This document shows positions 1 through 8,202 of a stretch of DNA of 43,944 bases, piece by piece. Position 1 is the stretch's first letter; each line of letters opens with the position of its first letter. Origin of the DNA: a virus (Duplodnaviria; Caudoviricetes); the IMG/VR virus record IMGVR_UViG_3300049926_000057, positions 1-43,944 of that record, one strand, 5' to 3'. Position numbers and translations under genes: made by a program. The notes below the pieces were generated by a model that worked only from the letters and a program-made list of their open reading frames with translations, did not search any database and was not told the DNA's origin.

Positions 1-1494
1 TCCACGCGCAACATCAATACCAGCGCACCGCTGACAGGTGGCGGCGACCTTTCGGCTGATCGCACGCTGGCCTGCCCGACATGTGCGACGACGACGAACG
101 GCGGGGCGCTCTCGGCGACTGCACCGGTGACGATCAGCGCTGCTGGTGTGGTTGCTTGCGCAACCTGCTCGACGACGTCTGGCGCATGGTCGAACACGCG
201 GTTGGCAAAGACGGCAGCCTACACGGTATTGACAGGCGATTCCGGTGACACACTGGCCCTCGGGGGAAGCGCTTTCTTCCCGCTGACCTTCAACGCTCCG
301 TCCGGGTATCCAGCGACTGCTGCGTTCATGGTGACGAATGAAGATACCTCTTTCGGAAAACTTATAGTTCCGCAGTTTGCGACGTCGGCTACCTCCTTCA
401 CGATCGGCGCCGGCTCGAAGGCATTCACCACAGCCTCCGGTCTTCCGATCACGGCCTACGTCGCCGCCAGCTCGGCTCGGCGTTATCGCATCTACTCCTT
501 GGCCAACCCCGCTAACTTCATGTCGGGGACGGTGACCAGCTATGTCACAACGACGCTAACAATCAACGTTGACACCGTTGGCGGCAGTGGCACCTTCACT
601 GATTGGCAGATCGCGCCTGAAATCCGGTTGTGGCCGGGGCAGAGTCGCATGATCTATAATCAAAACAATGTCTGGATCATCGACGACGCCACGCGATGGA
701 AACTCTCGGCCGAGACTGAAATCTGTGCCGACGCCAGCGCTGGTAGCGATAGCAACGACGGGCTTGGTGTCGGCACACGCTGTTTTAAGACGATCCAGTT
801 CGCCACCAACGTGATCTATCAGGACTGGGACGCCAACAACTTCCCGCCTGACATCGGCATCTACGCGAGTCCCACTGAAGCCGTGGCGATGCAGGGGCAA
901 ATCACCGGGTATAATTTCATCCGGTATCGCACGCGCGCGGCCAATACGTGGACCAGCACTTCGGCGTGCATCACGGTCAGTGACAACGCCGAGGCAATCC
1001 TCGATGCCACGTTTGGGTTTACGCAGACGTGGACATGCAACACCAGTAACACAGCAAACACAGGGGCGATCTTCGGCCACCAGCTTATGGTGTTCGATGT
1101 CAGCGGTGCCCACAATTGGAAGTCGGGAGGCACGAATGACAGCTTCATGTTCCTGGACGGCGAAGGGCGCGCGACCATTTCGGGATCGGGTGCTGGAATT
1201 ATTCTTGGCGCGGCCGGCGCGTCATCCGGGTTTGCCTACGTCACCTGCAACTATCACTGTGCCGGCGTGACGACCGGCGGAACGGTTTCGTGGGGTGGCA
1301 CGATCGCGCTTGCTGCGTTCTATGTGGCAAAGGCCGGGAGTGTGATCGACCACAGCGCAAATCCAACGGGCACGCCCGGCACCATCGGCGTCGCTCTTTC
1401 TCTTGGAAACTCGGCCATTCGCCTGAACGGCCTCACTCCACCCGGTGGCACGCCGACGGCGGTGTTCCAGGGCGTCTGTGCGACGACCTGCTGA
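1..1494 (+). CDS. 3' part of a large Cys/Thr/Gly-rich fibre/spike-like protein that begins at 42950 and wraps the end overlap
   Basis: Frame is open from base 1 (STRNINTSAPLTGGGDLSADRTLAC...) and matches the frame from ATG 42950. It contains KTAAYTV...D.G and SDSNDGL...FKTIQ.A motifs typical of phage fibre/spike beta-rich domains. Confidence 0.75.
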   Translation, partial: STRNINTSAPLTGGGDLSADRTLACPTCATTTNGGALSATAPVTISAAGVVACATCSTTSGAWSNTRLAKTAAYTVLTGDSGDTLALGGSAFFPLTFNAPSGYPATAAFMVTNEDTSFGKLIVPQFATSATSFTIGAGSKAFTTASGLPITAYVAASSARRYRIYSLANPANFMSGTVTSYVTTTLTINVDTVGGSGTFTDWQIAPEIRLWPGQSRMIYNQNNVWIIDDATRWKLSAETEICADASAGSDSNDGLGVGTRCFKTIQFATNVIYQDWDANNFPPDIGIYASPTEAVAMQGQITGYNFIRYRTRAANTWTSTSACITVSDNAEAILDATFGFTQTWTCNTSNTANTGAIFGHQLMVFDVSGAHNWKSGGTNDSFMFLDGEGRATISGSGAGIILGAAGASSGFAYVTCNYHCAGVTTGGTVSWGGTIALAAFYVAKAGSVIDHSANPTGTPGTIGVALSLGNSAIRLNGLTPPGGTPTAVFQGVCATTC

Positions 1495-1635
1495 TTATCG
1501 CTTCTCTTCGCGCTTCAGAAAAAAGAGCAAGACTGCCATTGCCAGCACGGTGATTAAAAACGCCGAAGTGAGCCATGGGACATCGCCTCTCAGAATCGAG
1601 TCCCCGGCTCTCACCGCCCATTCCTGCTGATCCAT
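1495..1635 (-). CDS. Small antisense membrane protein (46 aa)
   Basis: MDQQEW...WLTSAFLITVLAMAVLLFFLKREEKR has one TM segment followed by a basic tail. GGGGGA lies 6 nt upstream of the ATG. Confidence 0.45.
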   Translation of the reverse strand: MDQQEWAVRAGDSILRGDVPWLTSAFLITVLAMAVLLFFLKREEKR

Positions 1636-1739
1636 CAAAGATCCCCCGAAAGGCCGTGATCCTACGCCCTCCCGATCCGGCTGTGAAGATGTCGGCCTGC
1701 AACTAATTCGACCGCCTGGTACCGGCAACCGACGCCCGG

Positions 1740-1768
1740 TTTACAGACCCTCCCCCGCGCGCTATACA
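1740..1768 (+). promoter_or_regulatory. Putative sigma70-type promoter upstream of the lysis cluster
   Basis: TTTACA (1740-1745), 17 nt spacer, TATACA (1763-1768), in an intergenic gap. Confidence 0.45.
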
Positions 1769-1796
1769 CTTGTTGTCCTACGACTAGGGGTCTCCC

Positions 1797-2093
1797 ATGA
1801 ACCAGACGCAGTTTCAGACCACTGTGGCGCCGCTCGTCGCGGCTGTTGCGGGCTTTTTGGCAGGCAAAGGCGTCTTCGGGTTTGATGTCGGAACGTGGAT
1901 CACGGTTCTCGGCGGGGTCGGTACGATCGGTGCCGCGGTGTGGGGTGGTCTCGCCGCGCGCAAGACAGCCCTCGCCAGCACGCTCGGCAACTACCATGAC
2001 ACCACTGTCGTGACCGACAAGGCGACAGCCGACGCCCTTCCCACCAACAGCAGCGTTGTTTCCAACACGGAAGTCAGGGTGGTCAACAAATGA
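1797..2093 (+). CDS. Putative holin-like membrane protein
   Basis: 98 aa with two hydrophobic segments and a polar C-terminus; first gene of a cluster of envelope proteins. Confidence 0.55.
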   Translation: MNQTQFQTTVAPLVAAVAGFLAGKGVFGFDVGTWITVLGGVGTIGAAVWGGLAARKTALASTLGNYHDTTVVTDKATADALPTNSSVVSNTEVRVVNK

Positions 2094-2488
2094 AGCGCCT
2101 ATTTGCACTGCTCCTGCTCGCGCCGCTGATCGGCGGCTGCGCGGAGTTCAACCGCCTCTACGACGCAGCGACTGGGGCGAGCGTCTCCCCCGCCGCGGTT
2201 CTGGTCGCCGGCAACAGCTTCGACGCAGTCGAACGTACCGCGACGAACTACATCAACTTCTGCACGGCGAACCGCGCCAACCCCGCTTGTGCGAACTTCG
2301 TCACCATTCGTGGCAAGCTGGCACCGGCGGTGCGCGCGGGGCGAGATGCGCGAAACAACCTTGAAGCCTTCATGAAGGCCAATCCCGGGGTGCTCGGTCC
2401 CGCCGGGCTCTACAACGCCTTGCAGGTGGCGGTGCAGACCCTGCAGGACGTCATGACCCAGTACCATATTACCGGAGGTACCCAGTGA
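2090..2488 (+). CDS. Lipoprotein (possible spanin-like lysis component)
   Basis: MKRLFALLLLAPLIGG-C signal peptide with a lipobox-like Cys. ATGA overlap with the upstream gene. Confidence 0.65.
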   Translation: MKRLFALLLLAPLIGGCAEFNRLYDAATGASVSPAAVLVAGNSFDAVERTATNYINFCTANRANPACANFVTIRGKLAPAVRAGRDARNNLEAFMKANPGVLGPAGLYNALQVAVQTLQDVMTQYHITGGTQ

Positions 2489-2862
2489 GCTCGATCGTCA
2501 CGCTGCTGCTGACCCTGGTCGGGCAGCTCCTCCCCGCGGTCGGCGCAAGCACGCCGGCTATCCAGACCATCGTCAACGCCCTGGTTGCGACCGTCCCTGC
2601 CCTGTTTCAGGAGGCCGCGGACCTGGTCCCGATCGCGAAGAACATCATCGCGGCGTTGAAGGCCAACCCGGCGACGACCCAGGCGCAGATGGTCATCCTT
2701 AACGACCTTGATGCGCAGTGCGACGCGGCATTCGAGGATGCCCTTGCCAAGTCCATCGCGAGTGATCCGCCGCTCGCGGGGGTGTTTGCCAAGCCGGTCG
2801 CGAGCGACACGCTGGACAACACCACGGGCAACCCCATTTGGCCGACCAGAACGTCGGGCTGA
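2485..2862 (+). CDS. Hypothetical protein with hydrophobic N-terminus
   Basis: GGAGG RBS, GTGA overlap with the upstream gene, helical composition. Confidence 0.65.
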   Translation: MSSIVTLLLTLVGQLLPAVGASTPAIQTIVNALVATVPALFQEAADLVPIAKNIIAALKANPATTQAQMVILNDLDAQCDAAFEDALAKSIASDPPLAGVFAKPVASDTLDNTTGNPIWPTRTSG

Positions 2863-2878
2863 GCCCTGAAGGACGCCA

Positions 2879-3190
2879 ATGTCTTTCAACCCGACGCTAG
2901 ACATCGGCGACATCTTTAAGTTCGCTGGCATGCTGCTGACCGCGCTTTGGTTCATCTCGAAAATGTCGGGACGCCTGGACATGGTGACAGCGGAGATCAA
3001 GGCTTTGAAAGACAACGTCGCGGCGCAAAGCCAGCAAATGGCGAAGTTTGCCGAGGCCCTTATCGAGATCGCCCGGCAAGACGAACGCTTGGACGCGCTG
3101 GACCGGCGCTTGGAGGACCTCAGCAGGGGTCAGGGCTTTAAGGAGCGAGACGTCAACGGCGAGTACATGCGCGCCGGCAAAGTCCGTTAA
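2879..3190 (+). CDS. Membrane-anchored coiled-coil protein (lysis-associated?)
   Basis: N-terminal TM segment followed by a heptad-rich region. AAGGA RBS. Confidence 0.6.
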   Translation: MSFNPTLDIGDIFKFAGMLLTALWFISKMSGRLDMVTAEIKALKDNVAAQSQQMAKFAEALIEIARQDERLDALDRRLEDLSRGQGFKERDVNGEYMRAGKVR

Positions 3191-3193
3191 GCG

Positions 3194-3673
3194 ATGCGCC
3201 TCCTTGTCGCGATCGCAGTGCTTTGCGCGCTTTTTGTCGCGCCCGCTCATGCGCGGAGAGCAGCGGTGTCCCCCGAGTGCAACGTCACCATGCCCTGCGA
3301 CTTCTCGTATTCTGCGCCGGCGGCGCAAAAACACTCCCGCGTCCCAGTGCGATCTGCGCCAGCGGCGCAGGAACGGGTTGTCCAGCATCCCGCCGGATGT
3401 CCTGCAACGTCCTTCTGCGGCTGTGGTGCGGCCGTTCGTATTTTCGGTAGGCCCGTCCGGGACTTATGGCTTGCCGCGAACTGGTTTAGCTTCCCGCGCG
3501 CCGCGCCTGCGCCCGGCATGGTCGCGGTCCGGCGACACCACGTCTTTGTGCTGGAGCAGCAGGTGCGCGGAGACCAGTGGCTGACCTATGACGCCAACTC
3601 CGGTCGACACCTCACCCGGGTGCATGTGCGCTCGATCGAGGGGTACACGATCGTAAACCCCCGGCCAAGTTGA
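3194..3673 (+). CDS. Signal-peptide-bearing CHAP/NlpC-P60-like cysteine peptidase (candidate endolysin)
   Basis: Signal peptide ending PAHA. FCGC...WLAANW...HHVFV...DANSG gives the Cys-His-polar order of papain-like cell-wall hydrolases. Confidence 0.6.
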   Translation: MRLLVAIAVLCALFVAPAHARRAAVSPECNVTMPCDFSYSAPAAQKHSRVPVRSAPAAQERVVQHPAGCPATSFCGCGAAVRIFGRPVRDLWLAANWFSFPRAAPAPGMVAVRRHHVFVLEQQVRGDQWLTYDANSGRHLTRVHVRSIEGYTIVNPRPS

Positions 3674-3697
3674 CACTTTACAGGAACAAGCTATTGT
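3670..3697 (+). promoter_or_regulatory. Putative sigma70-type promoter for the scaffold/capsid operon
   Basis: TTGACA (3670-3675), 16 nt spacer, TATTGT (3692-3697); followed by the short hairpin TAGTCCA-cgtaa-TGGACTA. Confidence 0.5.
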
Positions 3698-3792
3698 CCT
3701 GCCTACACGACTAGTCCACGTAATGGACTACACGACTTGTGACCCGTAAGGCACTACCGACTGGTGGCCGTAAGCCCACTGAGGAGAGCACG

Positions 3793-4584
3793 ATGAAGAA
3801 CCGCTGGCTGACAAGTACACGCATCGCATATGCGCCTCCGGGTGAAGGGGGAAGCGACGAGGACCTGCACGATGACGAAGTCGAAAACCTCGAAGATGGC
3901 GAACTCGAAGAAGGCGACGACGAAGCCGATGATGCCGCCAAACAAGATGAAGGACAAGCCGACGGCGAAGAAGGCGGCGACGAGGAAGTAGTCGCCAAAA
4001 AGCCGGGGCGCGGCGAATCGCGCTTCCAGAAACTGGCGAACGAAGCTCGCGAAGCCCGCGAGCACGCGTCGAGGGTCGAGCGAGAGCTCAACGATTTCAA
4101 GGCCGAGCAGTCCCGCAGGGCTGCAACGGTCGAAAAGAAGGAACCCACTGCGGAGGAGATGGCGCTCTGGAGCACGGAGCAGATCATCGACTACAAGCTG
4201 CAGAAGGCGACCGGCGCGTTCAGCCAGAACCTCCAGCAGTTGCAGTGGAATACGCAGGAGGCCAACGACAAGGCTGCTTTCGAGCGCCTGCAGTTGTCCG
4301 ACCCGCGGGCCAAGAAGTACGCGGCTGAAGTCGAGACACGTCTCGCTGGCATCCGCAAGCAAGGACAGAACGTCGACCGCGAGGCGCTCTTGAAGTTCAT
4401 CATCGGCGAGAAGGTCTTTCAGGGCGGCGGCAAGGCGGCTGCCAAGCAGAAGAAGGACGGCGAGGCGCAGATCCGTCGCCAGAGGACCAACCCGTCCGGC
4501 GGTGGCAGCGACGTTCGCGGTGGCCGCACGCAGGACAGCGAAGCAGAGGCGCGGCGCAAGCGTCTTGAGAACGTAACGTTTTAA
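3793..4584 (+). CDS. Capsid scaffolding protein
   Basis: Acidic N-terminus and coiled-coil body; directly upstream of the capsid gene. GAGGAG RBS before ATG 3793. Confidence 0.75.
   Translation: MKNRWLTSTRIAYAPPGEGGSDEDLHDDEVENLEDGELEEGDDEADDAAKQDEGQADGEEGGDEEVVAKKPGRGESRFQKLANEAREAREHASRVERELNDFKAEQSRRAATVEKKEPTAEEMALWSTEQIIDYKLQKATGAFSQNLQQLQWNTQEANDKAAFERLQLSDPRAKKYAAEVETRLAGIRKQGQNVDREALLKFIIGEKVFQGGGKAAAKQKKDGEAQIRRQRTNPSGGGSDVRGGRTQDSEAEARRKRLENVTF
3872..3991 (+). CDS. Candidate overprinted Lys-rich 39-aa peptide (+1 frame of scaffold)
   Basis: MTKSKTSKMANSKKATTKPMMPPNKMKDKPTAKKAATRK. GAGGA lies 8 nt upstream. Scaffold Glu codons in the overlap are almost all GAA. Confidence 0.45.
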   Translation: MTKSKTSKMANSKKATTKPMMPPNKMKDKPTAKKAATRK

Positions 4585-4623
4585 GCGCGGCCGTGGGGCC
4601 GTGCATCTTGAAGGAGAGACGCA

Positions 4624-5979
4624 GTGCCCACCAACACGGCAGCCGGCTTTTCAGCCGACATCGAAGCCTATATTGCGGACGAAACTCTCCCTCTCGCGCG
4701 TCGCCAGCTGGTCGCTTATCAGTTCGGCGACCCGCTGACCCTCCCCAAGGGTCGGGGCACCACCTACACCGCGACGCGCTACAACCGCGTCCCCCTGCCC
4801 TTCGCGCCGCTCTCGGAAGGCATCCCGCCGATCGGCGAGACCATGACCATCGGCCAGGTCAGCGCCACCGCCCAACAGTGGGGCGACAAGATCACGATCA
4901 CCGACGTCGCCGAGCTCACCATCAAGCACCCGCTGGTCAGCAAGGCGAAAGAGCTGCTCGGCCTGCAGATCGGTGAAACGCTCGACCGCAACGTGTTTGT
5001 CAACTTGATGGCTGGGTCGCAGGTTAACTACGTCAACACCCGAGGCTCTCGCGCCTCCCTCGTGGCCGGCGACGTCCTCAACCCGCACGAGATCAACCGC
5101 ATCGTTGGCACCCTCTTCACGCTCGGCGCGCCCCGCTACATGGGCGACGAGATGACCGACACCAAGCTGAAGGCCGATGCCGGCGGCGCCAAGGCGTCCA
5201 GCAACCCGCGCTCCATGCCGCATTACGTCAGCATCCTGCACCCCCTGGTCGTGCAGGACATGCGGGAGAACCCGACCGTCGTCACCGCATGGTCGTACAG
5301 CGACATCAACCGGCTGTACAACTACGAGCTTGGCGAGTGGGGCGGGGTGAGGTTCTGCTTCTCCAACATGGTGCCCTCGTTCACCGGGTTCACCAACGCG
5401 GCGAACGGCACCACCTACGCTCCGGGTTCGGCCGGCGCGCTCGCGACCAACAACTACTTCATTGTGGTCACGGGGTCGGACTCGCAGAACCAGTACGAGA
5501 GCCAGATCTATGCGGCGTCCGGTGCGCAGGCGGTTGTCGGCCCGAACGGGTCGGTCACGGTGCACACCCCGTCGACTGCGGGCTTCACCTACAATGTCTA
5601 CATCGGCACCACGTCCTCGCCGGCCAACCTCGGTCTGTCGACGGCGGGGCCGACGACAGGCCCGCTCGCAGGCCAGGCGGTGCAGCTGCCGCCCAACACC
5701 AACGTCGTGATCACGGGCCTTGGCGTCGCGCAGACGCCGCCCGCGGCCCCGGCTTCGACCATCACGGTCTATCCGAGCTTCGTGATCGGCCGCGGCGCCT
5801 ACGGGCAGGTCTCGCTCGACGATGTCAAGATCACGATGCTGATGGGCGCGGACAAGTCCGATCCGCTCAATCAGCTTCGTGTCGTGGGCTGGAAGGTCTT
5901 CTACGGTACGATCATCGAGAACCAGCAGTTCTTCGCCCGTATCGAGAGCACCTCGGCCTTCAGCGCTTCCTTCGGCTAA
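4624..5979 (+). CDS. Major capsid protein, N4-gp56-like family, with an internal beta-rich insertion
   Basis: QFG..LTLPKGRG, LSEGIPP, ELGEWGGVRF and DKSDPLNQ..VVGWK motifs. AAGGAG RBS. Confidence 0.9.
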   Translation: MPTNTAAGFSADIEAYIADETLPLARRQLVAYQFGDPLTLPKGRGTTYTATRYNRVPLPFAPLSEGIPPIGETMTIGQVSATAQQWGDKITITDVAELTIKHPLVSKAKELLGLQIGETLDRNVFVNLMAGSQVNYVNTRGSRASLVAGDVLNPHEINRIVGTLFTLGAPRYMGDEMTDTKLKADAGGAKASSNPRSMPHYVSILHPLVVQDMRENPTVVTAWSYSDINRLYNYELGEWGGVRFCFSNMVPSFTGFTNAANGTTYAPGSAGALATNNYFIVVTGSDSQNQYESQIYAASGAQAVVGPNGSVTVHTPSTAGFTYNVYIGTTSSPANLGLSTAGPTTGPLAGQAVQLPPNTNVVITGLGVAQTPPAAPASTITVYPSFVIGRGAYGQVSLDDVKITMLMGADKSDPLNQLRVVGWKVFYGTIIENQQFFARIESTSAFSASFG

Positions 5980-5991
5980 CAGGGGAGCCTG

Positions 5992-6285
5992 ATGGCTACT
6001 TCAACCTTCGGCACGACCGCAAACAACTCGCTGACGGCCCTGTTGACTTCGCGCAACATGGCCGCGGCGGATATCGCGGCGATTGCCAACGCGATCAAGG
6101 ACGACCTCAACCCGGCGCACCCGATCGCGCCGGGGACGTTTTCATCGATCAATCAGCTTTATGTCCCGAACCGGGGCATCCTGCAGATCCTGCCCGGCGA
6201 CTTCGTTGGAGTGGATTCACAGGGATGGCCGATCCTGGTATCGGCCAACTCGATCGCGCTTTCGAGCTGGGTCCACGTCCCATAG
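5992..6285 (+). CDS. Hypothetical virion-associated protein
   Basis: GGGGAG RBS; immediately follows the capsid gene. Confidence 0.7.
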   Translation: MATSTFGTTANNSLTALLTSRNMAAADIAAIANAIKDDLNPAHPIAPGTFSSINQLYVPNRGILQILPGDFVGVDSQGWPILVSANSIALSSWVHVP

Positions 6286-6298
6286 AGGAGCCTACAGA

Positions 6299-6619
6299 AT
6301 GCCCTACCGCCTTCGTTACACGTGCTACGTCGACTGGGTCGGCCCGGGCCAAGGGTTCATGACCGCTGCGCCAACGCCGCTGCAAGGCAATGTCGGTGGC
6401 AACCCGAACGGGGCACAGACGCAGGAGTTCCTCAACGCTTCGCCTGTGATCGCGGCGGGCTCGACCACTTTCACGCAGCCGACAGGCGGCGCGGCTGTGG
6501 CCGGCGCCTTGGCGGCCGGCGATATCACCGCGATGCTGGCCAGCATGTCGGCCGACCTGAGCACGCAGATCAACGCGCAGCTGGGGCGGTTGCAGTCGTG
6601 GGTCGTGGGGAATCCGTAA
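6299..6619 (+). CDS. Hypothetical virion-associated protein
   Basis: GAGGAG RBS before MPYRLRY; fills the gap exactly. Confidence 0.7.
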   Translation: MPYRLRYTCYVDWVGPGQGFMTAAPTPLQGNVGGNPNGAQTQEFLNASPVIAAGSTTFTQPTGGAAVAGALAAGDITAMLASMSADLSTQINAQLGRLQSWVVGNP

Positions 6620-7021
6620 ATGGCCAAGAAACCCCGTCCGCCGCTCAATGACGACGGCATCGACCCGGAGATCATGAAGCAGGCGCGAGAGCGCGCGATT
6701 CGCAAGAAGGCGGACATGCTCGCCGCGCGCGAGCTCGGGATCGCCGACGATGGCGACGACGTCATCAAGGGGCCGATCCCGATCAAGGACGAGAAGAAGT
6801 TCAAGATCACGCTCGACCTTGCGCCGCACTCCAGCCGTCTGATCATCGACTCCGTGCACTATCTGCACGGTGGCACCTACACCGTCGGCCAGCGCCTTTA
6901 CGACACCATGCGTGAGATGATCCATCGCGGCTGGGAGCATCAGCGCGAGATCGACGGCAAGGACGGAAACATGTACCGGGAAAAGAGCAACATCCGGCTA
7001 TCACCTGCAGACGCTGCATAG
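6620..7021 (+). CDS. Hypothetical protein
   Basis: Abuts the upstream stop (TAAATG); typical codon usage. Confidence 0.7.
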   Translation: MAKKPRPPLNDDGIDPEIMKQARERAIRKKADMLAARELGIADDGDDVIKGPIPIKDEKKFKITLDLAPHSSRLIIDSVHYLHGGTYTVGQRLYDTMREMIHRGWEHQREIDGKDGNMYREKSNIRLSPADAA

Positions 7022-7029
7022 AGGGGCAT

Positions 7030-7461
7030 ATGAAGGACAAGGTTGCGCCGGGCGAGCCGGCGATCGGGTTTTCTATCGACTGTAAGATCAACGACCGACG
7101 TGCCATGGTCATCCAGACTTACCTACCGCTCGACGCACATCCGACGTTGATCAATACGCTGCTCGATCGCCTGCTGGTCGCCGCGGACCGGCAGGAGGTT
7201 CGGTACCGCCTGAAGGACATGCGTCTTCTGCTGGAGAAGGCGCAGCTTGAATTGCCGATGCACGAGAAGGCGCTTGTCGAGTTCGAGGAAAGCGTCGTTC
7301 GACGGCACAAGGAAAGCGGTCGTCGCTCGGACTTTCAGTGGAAGGGCAACGACGAGACCAACCGCGACAACAAGCTCCAGAGCGTGGCCATGGCCCGTGT
7401 GAGCATCGAGCGGATCAAGAAGGGCATCGCGGAGGCCGAGGCCGAATTGAAAGGCGACTGA
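7030..7461 (+). CDS. Hypothetical coiled-coil protein
   Basis: GAGGGG RBS; helical charged C-terminal half. Confidence 0.7.
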   Translation: MKDKVAPGEPAIGFSIDCKINDRRAMVIQTYLPLDAHPTLINTLLDRLLVAADRQEVRYRLKDMRLLLEKAQLELPMHEKALVEFEESVVRRHKESGRRSDFQWKGNDETNRDNKLQSVAMARVSIERIKKGIAEAEAELKGD

Positions 7462-7464
7462 GAC

Positions 7465-8202
7465 ATGCCTCTGCAGGCCCAGCAAATCGTCAGCCTAGCC
7501 CTGCAGATCGCCAAGGCCCCCGGTTACACGGCACAGGCTGGCCAGCTCTTGAACTCGATCCTTTCGGAGCTGTGCCAGACCTACGACCTGGTCGTCATCC
7601 GGCAGAACTTCACGTTCACCTTCAACACCGCGGCATCGGGCCTCGGCTACGCGCCGGGCTGCGGTCCTAATCCGATGCCCGCGGACTACCTGCGCGCGCC
7701 GAAAGGTGGGCACTTCTACAACATTTCCGGCACGATCTACAAAATGATCAACGTCGAACAGGCCGAGTTCGACGCCTTCGTGCAGTCGCCGGGGCAGAAC
7801 TCTTACCCCGAGCGGTTCTATGTCGACATGTCGGTGTCGCCTCCGAACCTCTATGTCTGGTACCCAGCGGCGGGGGCCTACGCCGCGACGGTGCGTTATT
7901 TCAGGCAGATGCCGGACATCGCGACGCCCGAGGCATCCACCACGGTGCCGTGGTTTCCGAACCAGAACTACCTGATCCGTCGGCTCGCGGGCGAGGTGAT
8001 GTCGATTACCGACGACGACCGCGCGCCGGGGTACCTGAGTGACGACGACAAGCAGTACCCGCAAGGCGCTGGCGTCATTCTGCGCAAGTACTTGACCATG
8101 CAGGACGACCCCGATGGGCGCGTGAAGACCGTGCAGCTCGACCCCAGGCGGTTCGGGACGTCGTCCTCCGGGCTCAAGAACACCAAGCAAGTTGGTTGGT
8201 GA
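7465..8202 (+). CDS. Head-tail adaptor / tail tubular protein A-like
   Basis: Size, position, helical N-terminus and a P.DYL...P..FY....LYVW.P pattern fit podovirus adaptors. Confidence 0.7.
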   Translation: MPLQAQQIVSLALQIAKAPGYTAQAGQLLNSILSELCQTYDLVVIRQNFTFTFNTAASGLGYAPGCGPNPMPADYLRAPKGGHFYNISGTIYKMINVEQAEFDAFVQSPGQNSYPERFYVDMSVSPPNLYVWYPAAGAYAATVRYFRQMPDIATPEASTTVPWFPNQNYLIRRLAGEVMSITDDDRAPGYLSDDDKQYPQGAGVILRKYLTMQDDPDGRVKTVQLDPRRFGTSSSGLKNTKQVGW

